Shown here: positions 1 to 11,959 of the stretch, in pieces
Layout of the letters: each line of letters starts with the position of its first letter
How positions within the stretch are numbered: the first letter of the stretch is position 1
NCBI GenBank assembly: GCA_030141605.1
Contig: JAQGDQ010000221.1
Span: 305,102-369,101, forward strand
Direction: 5' to 3'
DNA from: Tubiluchus corallicola
Lineage: Eukaryota; Animalia; Priapulida
DNA: 64,000 nt
The notes under the pieces: model-generated
Databases searched by the model: none
What the model was told of the DNA's origin: nothing
Seen by the model: the letters and a program-made list of their open reading frames with translations, nothing else
Translations under genes and position numbers: made by a program

Positions 1-204
1 AGATGCTATGATAACCAACACTGTAACCAGAAAATGGCAACGTTTATGTTAGATTTCATAATTTCATTTGTAATAAACAATTTACATTATCGAATGCGAA
101 TACATTAGTATGCGAATTTTTGTTGAGAAGAAAATTGTCCAAATAACCTGAGAGACAGAGGATTATGTGTTGGACGAATATAATATTAAACAGTCTGAAT
201 TTAT

Positions 205-271
205 TGATTGACTGACTGAATGAATGAATGAAATGTGTGAGTGAATGAATGAATAAACGAATGAATGAACG
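205..271. repeat. (TGAA/TGAC)n tetranucleotide microsatellite
   Basis: ttgattgactgactgaatgaatgaatgaa...gaatgaatgaa seen directly. Confidence 0.7.
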
Positions 272-299
272 AAAAACCTAAATAAGTAAATGCACTTGC

Positions 300-2966
300 A
301 TTGGTTCAGTGGCAAGCTGTAAGATTCCGCATATCTGCCCTGCTCTGACGGCATGTTTCTTGCCGAGAACACTGTTGTTCCGGACAGTGGTGACAATGTC
401 ACTGATGATGCTGAAGTTTTTGCGAATAATGTTGCTGTTTTAGACGTGGTTACTTCAGATGTACTTGCTGACATTGTTACTGACGATGTCGCAGGTTCTA
501 CCATTATGCTGCTTTTTGTAGTTTGAAGTGCTGCTGTTGGTTTAGTGGTAGGAGGCTGTTCATCTGCAAGAGTATAATTATTACTTTCATTATTATCCTT
601 AGAAGCACATCGTCATCATTCATTATCGCCATCGTTGTCATTATCATTATCTTCTCACCAACAGACTGTCAACAGTGTTATTGTCACATCAATGTTTATT
701 ATTATTAATCTCGCTGATGTCGTGACAAATGTAACAGAATACACCGAATAACTCTGTTTACCAGAAGCATGCACCATCTACAGCATTACTTTTAACATAA
801 TTGTCATTAGTAGCTAAAGTTTTAAGTTTCCTAAAATTGCAATCCACTTTGCCTAGCTAATTTTAAGTAACAAAACTAATTTTAAACTTTATGCTACATA
901 TTAATGGTATTTGTGTTGTGTTTTTACTCACCAAAAACATAAAATTGAAATCCAGTAGCAACGGATCTTTTGTCAGTATGAAACGTCACTGAGACAAAAT
1001 GAGTATGGCGCAGCTGCTTTTCAGATTTTAATTCCTTCCCACAAAACGTATCACCGCCTATATTTACGTAATCGTCACATAACGTGTCCCAAACAAGGAA
1101 ACGTCCTCTGGCCTCTAAGGAAAATTCAACGACTTCCACAACAATCAGATTACCGTAGATGATCCAAGTGCAGTCTAAAGAAGCGCCATAAGGATCGGGA
1201 TAATCTTGGCTCTGCACGTAAAAGCCATTGGTGAAACCATTGTTCAGGTCAATGCGCAATGTTTCACCATTAATTGTGCCATTGCACTCAGAGACTGGTG
1301 GAATGTTATCACTGAATCTACCAATAATATCTGAAAATAAAATCAAAAGTTGGGTAACTTTTAAAAAGCAACCCATAAGTTTTAATAGAGGCTCAAACAG
1401 ACCCAAGTACTTCAACTAGCAGGTTTAAGCGTTCTAAAAAAATATAACTTTATTTTTACATTTTGTCCACTTCGCATAGCTAAAGTCAAGACAGATCCAG
1501 TTATGTAATCGTTTCAGGGTTTCAATATAGATAAGCTATCAGAAAAAGAACTCCAATAAACCATTAATACCATTACATACATAGTCAGTAATTGCCAAGA
1601 TGTCAATTGACATTAATTCTGACAATTTTCGCAATTACGTCACCATTGGTACATCAAGTCTTACCTGTTTACAAAAAAAACTGTAATATTGTTTAGCAGC
1701 TGTACGCCTTTTAGGAGTTAACATTCGTTTCGACTGAGTGGCACTGTTTGACAATAAAACATTCTTCAAAAAACATAAATCCATGTACAAGACGTGTTTT
1801 CTTTAATAACCTATAAATATTATGGTTGCATTGTTTTTTTTGGCGTGATATTCTAATGTAGATTGTCTGTTTTGGCCCATAGCCTAATCTAAAAATTGTC
1901 ATCCGATTGATTAATGTACCGAATTATCATGTAATTCAAATAGGACATGCAATATACCAATGGAGAGATACTGTTCCTAGCACACATAGCTGCAATACGT
2001 ATATACATATTGCAGCTATGTGTGCTATATATATATATATGTACTTGGGTTTACTAACCTATACTTTATTTTTGCCTACTGTCCACTTTGATGTCATCCA
2101 TAAATAATGCAAGAAAACTCATGCCCAGAATTTTCTGAAATACCTTCTCATACCAGAAGTCAGAACAAATCCAGTTATGTAATCGTTTCAGAGCTTCAAA
2201 TATAGACAAGCCATCAGTCTAGGAACTCTAACAATACATTTACATACTCAGCCAATAATTGCGAAGATATCAACTGACATCAATTCTGACCATTATCGCA
2301 ATTAAAACATTATTGGGCCAACAACTCTTAGCTGTTCTTGCATAATCAAAAGCTATGCAAGGGAACAGTTTTGGTTCCTGTGCAATTTGTACTAATGCCA
2401 TAATATTATCTAATAGCTGTAGGCGTTTTTGGCCTTAACATTCGTTTCGACTGACTACCACTGTTTCAGACAACAAAACATTCTTAAAAAATCATAAATC
2501 TATACAAAAAACTAGTTTTATTTAATAAAATGTAAATATTATGATTGTATTGTTTTTGTTTGACGTGATACTCTAAGAATGCTGACTGCCTGCTTTGGTA
2601 CATTGCCTAATCTAAAAAATTTCATCCGACTGATTAATGTACCGAATTATCACGAAATTCAAATGCGACATGCAATACTAATGGAAAGATTCGTCTGCTA
2701 TATAGGCAATCAATCCATTTTCTTGCAAAAATACATATACCACTACCAGTACAAATTACTATACTGTGTCTAGCGCACATAGCTGCAACATACACACGCA
2801 CGCACGCGCGCGCGCGCACACACACACACACACATATACATACATACTTAAGCTTACGATATATAGGCTTATATCTATACATACCATCTTTTTGTACATC
2901 CTGGGCAAAACTAACTATGATTTCCCAAGCTAGGTACATAACGCACAGGAATTCTTTATTGGTCAT
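300..2966 (-). CDS. Secreted/extracellular CUB-domain protein with Ser/Thr-rich stalk (multi-exon, 3' end unresolved)
   Basis: Exon 1 is 2966-2885 (MTNKEFLCVMYLAWEIIVSFAQDVQKD, signal-peptide-like, donor G|GTATGT). Exon 2 is 1330-932 (acceptor TTTTCAG, donor G|GTGAGT) and encodes a CUB domain: C-NGTI...SQDYPDPYGASLDCTWII...FSLE...CDDYVNIG...FCG...VSVTFHTD..VATGF. Exon 3 starts at 563 (acceptor CTTGCAG) and reads DEQPPTTKPTAALQTTKSSIMVEPATSS..., S/T-rich. Both junctions are phase 1 and join in frame. The exon 3 donor and the C-terminus could not be fixed, so the start coordinate is approximate. Confidence 0.8.
1448..2870. repeat. Diverged tandem duplication (units about 600-800 bp) in intron 1 of the CUB gene
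   Basis: Collinear shared blocks: atccagttatgtaatcgtttcag (~1495 / ~2169), ttaacattcgtttcgactga (~1718 / ~2435), gattaatgtaccgaattatca (~1909 / ~2632), ctagc.cacatagctgcaa (~1977 / ~2770). Confidence 0.85.
2788..2847. repeat. Alternating purine-pyrimidine (CA)n/(CG)n/(TA)n tract
   Basis: acatacacacgcacgcacgcgcgcgcgcgcacacacacacacacacatatacatacatac. Confidence 0.9.
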
Positions 2967-4013
2967 TCTCGGCGTATTACTACTTTTTTAGTAAATGGAC
3001 GTTTAGTAGGATATGTAGACCGGCTACGCCAGAAGATAAGTAACCTCGGATTTTGCACACTGCAGCATATTGCTCATATTTCTTGCACAACAAACTATGT
3101 ACGGGAAACTGAAGCAGGAAAGAATATGGATATGACGTCAAAGCTTTCCGCATATAGGCTAATCCAGGGGATAATCAGTATGGTTAGCTGGGAAAAGCTC
3201 GACTGATTTGATACATGAATTTACCTAATTTGACAAAAAAGTTATGTTACATAACTATAGTATTGAAATCTATGTTTTGACTTTGAATTGCAGAATATTA
3301 GCACACGACAAACTGTTTAGATAGTTCAGGGCACGTAGTTCGCATGCTTGAGCTGGATAACTAAGAGCTGTGGTCAGTGAGTATCTCTCCCAGCTAATTG
3401 GGGCACTGAGTAGAGTCCACTTGGAGTCTTGGACACTACTAGTTGCTTGCTTACTGTTTACTGATTCAATAAGATCAATGTATAAGTTTTTAGAAAATTT
3501 GTACAGCGTATAGAATATAAGGAATACGCGTTATGCAAAGAAAATCTACAAGGACTGTAAACCAATTACCGTTAAACATTTGTACCCATTACATCACAGG
3601 TGCATTCTAGTAACAAATACATCTTGTTTTTGATCAATATTTCCGTATATGATGCGCAGCATTTAAATAAATTTATACACGCAATTTGCACCCCTGCGCA
3701 AGTCTATTAAGCTTCCAAGGAACTGATTTGGATTGAGAATCATTGGCCTGAGGTGGGTGTCAGATCATGTGCAGAAAATACGTCAGGCCACGATAAAAAT
3801 AAGTGAAGTTGTGTGAATCTTTAAAGTACCTACTGCATTACCTTCTGGGAGTAAGGGATATTCTGGTGTTTCGTGATCATTTTCTTGCTACACTATAACA
3901 ATAATTGTGGCTTTCAATGCATATTATCTAGAACTGTGCTTCATTATTACTGTTGATTTTTATTGCATATGAACTTTGGCATAAGGAAGCGGAACATCTT
4001 TTAACACTCGAAG

Positions 4014-5390
4014 ATGAGTCACTGCATCAGGGACCACATTTTTCTATTCACAACTGTTGGCATAATCATACTTAGTTCTGGAATGCTTTCATCCACCGGA
4101 AGAATGGAACCTTATGAGAAAGGGAACAGTTCATCAGAAGCACGTGAGAACTGCAATACAAAAAGGTTCTGCAACCGGACACTGAAGGAACCTCAACACT
4201 CGCTACAAGGAGCAATGTTGCGTGTAGGATTGTGGGTAGACGACGAAGAGGTTGAACCGCTGGTGCTACCATTATTGAAGGTCCTGAGTGAGACCATCAA
4301 TTTCACCTACTCCTTGCATCACTTTACACCGAGCCATGGTAACTACACAACCATTGCCAGACTTGGCAATGTCGATCTGATCCTTTCGCCACTTGTTCTG
4401 ACTGTCGAGCGGACAGAGACGCTAACATTTCTCCACGTTTTCTGGAACTCTCCACAGTCGGTTATTTTCCGACGGGAAGATTTTGCTCAGTCTGCTGATG
4501 CTTCCCTCCTTTCGCCATTTACCTTATCAGTTTGGCTCATGTTGATGGCATCCAGTATTGTGTGTGGAGTATTGATGTACGCAGAGGAGAAAATCTACGT
4601 GCAGCACAACAACAGTGTCCTTCCCAGCGTGGGGTACTTTGTTCGGTATACACTGGCGTCCTTCTTGCAAAAAGATGGAAATATTTTACCATGTGGACTG
4701 TCTTCACGTACGATGATGTCCCTTTGGTGGATATTTGCCCTGGTGATGACAGCCACATACACGGGTACATTGATTGGAACTCTTTTTCTCACTACAGCCA
4801 CTTTTCCTGTGACATCTCTGGCAGATTTTGCAGAAGGCCCTTTTGCACCAGCCATTGCCTCGCATTGGTCCATAGCAGAATCGCTACGTAATAGTCCGCC
4901 GTATTCGTTGTTTGGTAAATTGTGGACGAAAGTGGAAGAGGACGACAACTTACCAGTTAGAACTTTGGAGCAGGCTATTGATCTCGTCGCAACGCAAAAG
5001 TATGGAGTTGTGGCGACCAGAAACTATTTGAAGCTGGTGATGATGAAGGACTATCAAAAACACGGCAGATGTCGCTTCCAATTCGCTCCTTTTGACTTGT
5101 CCACAGCGGTGTACTCCAGTTGGTGTGTGCCGAAAGGAAGTCCATACACAGACGTCTTGAACTATGGCTTCTTGCAATTGACACAAATTGGAATTCTCGA
5201 AAAGGCCATAGAAAAGTTCTTGATGCAAGATGGGTACCATTGTCTGCTGCCGCCTAAACAGATGATGCAGTCACGTATGCTGCTTATGGAACATCTAAAT
5301 CCGGTGTTTTATGTTTTAATTTGTGGTCTTGTATTAGCAGGAATGCTGCTCTTGATGGAACGTGTTTGGACAAGAATTAAAACCATATAG
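4014..5390 (+). CDS. Divergent ionotropic receptor (iGluR/IR-like), intronless, no amino-terminal domain
   Basis: 458-aa ORF. N-terminal hydrophobic signal; S1 motif VDLILSPLVLTVERTETLTF; M1 LLSPFTLSVWLMLMASSIV; pore YTLASFLQKDG; M3 SRTMMSLWWIFALVMTATYTGTL (cf. SYTANL); S2 FPVTSLADF...CRF...PKGSPYTDVLNYGFLQLTQIGIL; M4 VFYVLICGLVLAGMLLLME. Confidence 0.9.
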   Translation: MSHCIRDHIFLFTTVGIIILSSGMLSSTGRMEPYEKGNSSSEARENCNTKRFCNRTLKEPQHSLQGAMLRVGLWVDDEEVEPLVLPLLKVLSETINFTYSLHHFTPSHGNYTTIARLGNVDLILSPLVLTVERTETLTFLHVFWNSPQSVIFRREDFAQSADASLLSPFTLSVWLMLMASSIVCGVLMYAEEKIYVQHNNSVLPSVGYFVRYTLASFLQKDGNILPCGLSSRTMMSLWWIFALVMTATYTGTLIGTLFLTTATFPVTSLADFAEGPFAPAIASHWSIAESLRNSPPYSLFGKLWTKVEEDDNLPVRTLEQAIDLVATQKYGVVATRNYLKLVMMKDYQKHGRCRFQFAPFDLSTAVYSSWCVPKGSPYTDVLNYGFLQLTQIGILEKAIEKFLMQDGYHCLLPPKQMMQSRMLLMEHLNPVFYVLICGLVLAGMLLLMERVWTRIKTI

Positions 5391-6120
5391 CTTAACTTAC
5401 ATGCCGCTTACAAATTTTTTTTGTCCGATATTATTCTTGTGTAAAAACTATGTAGTGGTAGGCCTATATTGGCACGTTAAAGTTGTTCAATACAGTTAAA
5501 TGTTCTGCTCTACAACCTGGGATACTGTACTCAGTTTCAGGATTTATTCATTGTAAAAATTTAGCACTCATTTATTCAGTGTGACAGCACCGGAATATAA
5601 ATCATTAACAGAGATAACCTTGTATGATAAGACTAAACCAGCACAAGCACATGTACTTAATTCAGATTTCAGAGACTAGACATCTCCCCCCCCCAATTTT
5701 CAAGTTTTTCCCGCTTTAACAAAATCCTTCATTTTCTTCCCGTAATGATATCGTATCCCACTCAGCATTTATATTGCCTTGTGTTTAGTGACGCTGTAAG
5801 CAGTCTTCTGCCTAGATCAATGTACACCATTATCATGCCTTATTTACCTTCATGTGTTTAGATAAAAGGAAGGTTTGGTAATAACGATAAAAATGTTTAC
5901 AAAGGTGTACAAAATAGTGGATATAATGAATGCTTTTATGGTACATAATAGAGTTTTCTCATAGCAGTATTATGTTACGAACAGTTTAAAGTAATGAACG
6001 TAAAAACCCGCTTTGTAATTATAGAAAGTTTGGGACAGAAAAGTTACCAGAGTTGGTGGTAAATCGATTTGCGAATTTAAAAGAGCTGCTACAAATGAAA
6101 CAATAAGTACTTAGGCAGGC

Positions 6121-8170
6121 CAGAGCTGGAAATGAGTCCGTTGGTCAAGGGTTGTGTGTCACTGTTTTCAAATGGGTCAGGTGGGTGTGGATCATTTGAC
6201 CCAGGTAAAAATGACATTATCATATCGTGTTAAAAATGATATAAACTCATTTTTAGTGAGATCTATAGAATCACAACCCACAGAACTCTATAAAAACAGG
6301 TTAATTTTAAAACTGCAGTTTCTAGCAGTCATTTTTTTGCAGAAGAAGAAAAAAATTAGAACGGATGATTGGGTTAGTAACTCAAAAAACCATGTAAAGT
6401 GAATTGACAGTGTAATTGAATGAGTGTAAAAATCAGTGTCCTGATGACGATAAATTTCCTAGGGTTTTGCGTAAACAGACGACTTGGTACTGTGATGGAC
6501 AAGCTGACAGCCTCACCGCTGAATACTCCAAAAACTTCGGAACTGGGAGAGTGTTCATCTAAACTGCTTATAGTGCAACTGCATTTCGTATGCATACAAC
6601 CTTTTAACACTTATAGGGTCACGATTTTTTACAACCGATTTTGTTAACCGGGGGGGGGGGGTAAAGAATTACCCCCACCTTAATTCGTAAATTACTTTTG
6701 ATAAACCTTATCTGTGGTTATGCTGACCACCATAGGATACATTATACCTCTGCTTAAAGACATGTGACTTACTAATAATACGAAATTTAAATTCACTTAG
6801 TTACGTTCCCTTATCTATGCTGGGATAACTGTAGACAACCGACATTGCTGGCGCGTGTGCAAAAATCATTGTTATTTTGAATTTATTGTCTACTACTTTC
6901 TTCGTGGTGGAGTAATTTGAGTAACTGACGTGGCCTCAAAACAACCAGCCGATCTTCAGCACAATGTATAATGTATAGACAAGCGAAGTAAAGTTTCGAC
7001 AATTTTAAAAAATCGACCTATTGCATTTTCACTTTTATTTCGTGGCGAGACAATGCGCCTAAAATAAATAACTGAAAGTATTTTGTGCGCAAAACATATT
7101 TTGAAAAAGTCATAGAAAAGGTTTACTGGGATGCGTATGGTAAAAGGGTAAAATGCAAAAAACCGGTCTGGGGGTAATTTTTTACCCCCCAGGTGACCCT
7201 ATACGGGTAAATTAGGGTTAATTAATAATTAATACCCACAATTAATATTGATCAACTTATATCACCCATGTCATATAAGCCAAGGAATAAATAATTCAAT
7301 CTCTTGTCAGCTGACGGAATGTCAAAAACCTCGGATAGTAAATCCGATCCTAGAGAGGGATAATTCTAGCGCCTCTTAATTTAATTACTTCAGTATCTGT
7401 AGTAAGCAATTGTGGTTAAAATTTGAGAATGATTTTGTGTCGCTTCACATAAAGCACTAGCTAAACGTGATACTTTCAGCCACGGCAGCTGATAACAACA
7501 CAGAACAGGTTGATGTACTTCTTCATTAGCAAAGCCTAGAGGTCGCTTTTTGAAGTTTTGCCTTTGGTGACAACTTTTCACGGGCAAGGTTATAACACAG
7601 TGAAAATCAAGTGTGGATTTATTCCACTCTGAATCGGTCAGTGGGTTACATATGGCTTGTCAACTTATTTCTCTCCCATGCTGTTTTGATTCTATAATTG
7701 TTAATGTTATTGCAACTTGTTAAGCTAAAAACCTTACTCTAAAGAACTGTTGATAAAATAGACTCTTATCATGAAGTAACTTTGGATTTACACTATTCAT
7801 TTGGTGAATACGAGTGAAAGTCGGCACACAGCACAAAACACAATGCACTAGTACACTGCAAACACTTATAGTAACGGACAAACATTAAAATCGATTACAT
7901 TTATGAAGCCACATCTACAGAATCTTTTATATACTCAAGTAATACATATGCAAATTGTCTATGTTGTTTACAAAGTTACATATATCGAGATGCTAATACT
8001 ATACATAAAGATGTATAGTGCAGTGTATTTAAATAAATATGGGTCAGCCTCTGTCAGATGAGGATCATCAATTTCTAGTGGATTATGGGTGGATCAGGTT
8101 GGATCTGGGTCATGACATCTGTGGGTCAAGTGGGCGAGTGGTCACACTTCATGATCCATTTCCAGCTCTA
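6121..8170. mobile_element. Non-autonomous hAT-like DNA transposon carrying a nested piggyBac MITE
   Basis: Terminal inverted repeats CAGAGCTGGAAATG (6121) and CATTTCCAGCTCTA (ends 8170); clustered GGGTCA-type subterminal motifs at both ends. No clear TSD, so the superfamily is an inference. Confidence 0.55.
6608..7207 (+). mobile_element. piggyBac-like MITE, copy 1
   Basis: TTAA|CACTTATAGGGTCAC ... GTGACCCTATACGGG|TAA; collinear and highly similar to 33247-33855. Confidence 0.85.
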
Positions 8171-11100
8171 TGTGAAAATGAAGTACCCTGTAAGTTTATT
8201 AAATTAATTTTTTGGGATAACCAACAGTCATGACAGCTTAGTAGGCAGTGCATTGTGAATATAGAACTGACAGACAACTGCTGAGTCATTTCGCTTTCAA
8301 TCCCCACATTGTTACAAACTGAAAATTTTATTCTCAACAAAATGTGAGCCTTTTTACACTCAAAAACCACAAACAAGACATAAAGAGCGCAAGGCAAGTA
8401 TCGAGATACGTGTCGCTGCAACTGGCAAGATTTTTTAAGATCAGTCAAGCGTGTGGGGTTAAATAGACTTCCTTTTTTAGCATTTCACATTTGATGATGG
8501 CAACAGGACCGGATCCTGCTTATTATTAACGCCATGCCTCTAGAGTCTAAGATGAGCAGTTGGACCACTGAGCCACTTTCATCCAGTAGACATTTTTCTA
8601 AATGTAGATTTTTATCACTTTATAAATATCCATTATAAAAACCGAGACAGTGGGCGTGATACTTGGTATATTTGAACTGAAATCGTACTGAAGCTAATGG
8701 CACTTTTTACATTATGAACTTTTAGCATAAACTTTTTTCACTACCAAGCTACCAGTCACTCATACTCACAAATTTGTATTCACACACGTCTGCAACATTA
8801 TAATATTTGAACTAATTTCTTTTATTCTTTCCATATTAACAAAATTGTGTCCTTTACACTTACATATCATAAAATCAAATTTACATATTATAAAGCAAAA
8901 TGTACATTATAACAACTACGTTTCTATACCTACATAAATGACACTAGCGTACAGCTGCTAGTAAATGAATATGTACTGATGCTATTCAATTCTCTAATAG
9001 AAGAAAATACTACAACTTTGTGGCTTTTATTATTATGCAGTAATACGCTCTAGATGTACAGCTGTTGTCATAACAACAATTATAACATCTGCATTGCAAC
9101 AGACCCAAACTGTGTTCTACAAAATTGATACATGTATTTCTAAACTGGCTTTGTCAATATTTGCTTGTTCTACAGAAAGTACAGGTCTCAGGAAAAAGAT
9201 GGGCAGCTGATTGACCAGTAACACAAACCAAAGAATTTTTTGGCTGTTTGAACACCTCTAAAACTTCTCTAAATGTTTAATTTACAAAGTGATGTGCTGT
9301 GATAAGAATTTGCTAAATGTTGATATATGATACACGATCTTACACAAAAATGTGTAAATCAGAATAAAGACTGGTTCACACAAATATTCCGCATAACAAA
9401 CTGGTTGTAGAAACTTGAATGTAACTCTGGCTAAAAATTCTGGTTGCTAAAAATGATCACAAATTACAACTAAAACTTATAACGTAGCAACATTAAAAAT
9501 AAAAGGGAGAAATAATAAATTTGCATTTCAGACAAACTGCAACGTGAATATGTGAAACCGAATGCCATTTGACAAATAACCCAGGATGTAACAAATTTAA
9601 TAACATTTTCATTGAGAAAATAAATGTTTCCACCGCAAGTGTAGAAAGAAAACGGTTGATTTTTGGTAACAACCTTTGATTTAGGGTGTTATGTGTCAAA
9701 CCGATGCTATCCATGTTAACTATCAAAACTATCTGTACGCCATGTTTGTTTACACAAATCAACAAAAAAAATAAATAATGCTAATAATTTTGTTATCTCG
9801 CAGAAGAGCAGTTCCATGCAAAATACAGCTTTAAAAGTGGAAGCTAATTACACGTAATTCACCAAAACAAAATGCAATATCATGAATTCGAAACCATCTA
9901 TTTTTACAACCAAAAAGCAAAATGCTAGACAGACTGCATCTGCAAAAAACGATACTAACTCGGAGTCTAATGCTAATAAAAAGCAAACTAAAATATATCA
10001 ACTGCAATAAGCAAAACAATCATCTAAAATTTGGACAAGCATCACAATGGGTTCTCAGATAAAATAAGAAAACAATAGAATAAAATAGCCTATCATTAAA
10101 CAAAAACCAAACAGCAAGAACAGTAACATCACATATGAAGGTCATCAAATAATGAACTAACAAAAAATATAATAAAAGTCTTTGTTTAAAATCAATTTTG
10201 CTACACATTCACGTGTCACGTCACATAAATGCAATATCGAACCATTTTCTATCTTTGATCCTATAACGACAACACGTAGCCTTATTCCATGAAGTGGAAG
10301 CTATATGTGTATTAACAGTTGGCTCAGTAAATCCCAATATAGGCCTAATAGTTTTACATGCTCTTTTTGCCTATTTTTATGTGCAAAGTTTAATGTGTAC
10401 AGTATCCAACATAAACGCCCATAATAATCTAAACAGAGAAAACTTAATAAAAGCAGGCATAGGCTTTTATTGACATTTCAGAGTATCAGACTCCATACAC
10501 GTAATACATGTGCCATAAAATAACTGAACAATTATTCTGCATTGTAAATCTTTTTATAACAGTCTCACTATCCAATCAAGGTGGAATGCAAATTTTAAAT
10601 GACTCAATAATTAAATGATATCTATGTCCTCCAGTAATGTTACTGTTTTGAAGGAAGAGTTTTTTTGTTTTTGACATTGCGGTTAATAAGTTTAGTTTGC
10701 TCCTAAAAGCATATTTCACAATATTGCTCCAATCTACACAAACATGTAAAGTGGAGTGATACAAATATAATCTGATTATTGAGTAATTTGCAATTTGCAT
10801 TCCAACCTTGTTTATAAAGCGAAATAGTTTTAAATAGGCTTAGCATGCAATGTAGTTGTTCCGTTATCATATGGCGCACGCACTACGAATATAAAGACCG
10901 GTACTGTGGAACGTCAGTAGAAATATGCCTTCTAATTATATATGATAGATTTTTTCTACATTTAGGAAAGAGTTTACTATTTATTTTGTTACCAAGCTAA
11001 AATCTATGTTTTGCAAATAACAACTAACAAAAAGTGAGAAGGTTTCAGCGCAAGCAAATGTACGCACCATAGCAAAGAATTTTGTTGCGCGAAGAGCTCT

Positions 11101-11504
11101 ACAGTTCTTACATTGCTACATTATATAATAATTATAATTTCTAAGTGTTCAAACAAAAAAAAAACAAATAATTTGTCCTGCAAATTAAACTGTTTGCCTG
11201 CAGACAGTTTGCAAATGAATAAATTACAACCTCGTAATTCAAAAATTGTGCATCAATCAGACGAAAGATATGTTAACTTTTTCAATAATGAAAACACAAC
11301 AGTATGTTTATAAAACAATACTGACTATCAGTACAATAAACACTCATTATAATGTACTAAAATAGGATAAGGGAGCTGATAAAATAGCTCAACAATTAGG
11401 TGCACATATATATATAGCGTGTCTTAATGGAAAAAAAACAGCAAATCCATACCAAATACAATGAACACAATGGAAACTTGCTTAAACATAATAAATAACA
11501 TATG

Positions 11505-11550
11505 GGAATGGTAATAAACAGTACTGCGGAATGGTAATAAACAGTACTGC
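11505..11550. repeat. 23-bp tandem duplication in the probable CERK 3' UTR
   Basis: ggaatggtaataaacagtactgc x2. Confidence 0.9.
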
Positions 11551-11959
11551 ACTGGGAATTGCTTCATAGTGAGTAATGTTGACAGCTGTTTGCACAGTAC
11601 GTGATCTTTTGATCTGAAGTTTTAGTCCCGGAATATTTAAGCAGACTAACCCATTGTAACCAAAATGAAGGGAACAAAATAACCTGCTATATCTGACGTC
11701 CGTTATAACGGGGACGGAATGTTCTCTGCTGACTTTGGTATGTACTTACAGCTTATTAACGACTACTGTCTAAGATAACAACCACTGTAAGCTAATGAAT
11801 TAATTTATTATTTATTACGTACTCAAATGGTACATGTCATCAGTAAATATCGTTCTAAAAATGTCTGAGTAGGTAACTCTCTCATTTACTAGGCCTGTTT
11901 AACATGTCCTAGCACTTGTGTTCTGGATACTGTCTACTTCGCTACGCATGTTCTTGAGA

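Noticed and set aside
4072-5240. Six short ORFs overlapping the IR gene
   Set aside because: Alternative-frame or antisense shadows with no recognisable motifs
8500-8580. tRNA-SINE heads (A-box-like GTGGCTCAGTGG here; similar hints near 3330, 34045, 49790, 59530)
   Set aside because: Single boxes only; boundaries and family cannot be established by eye
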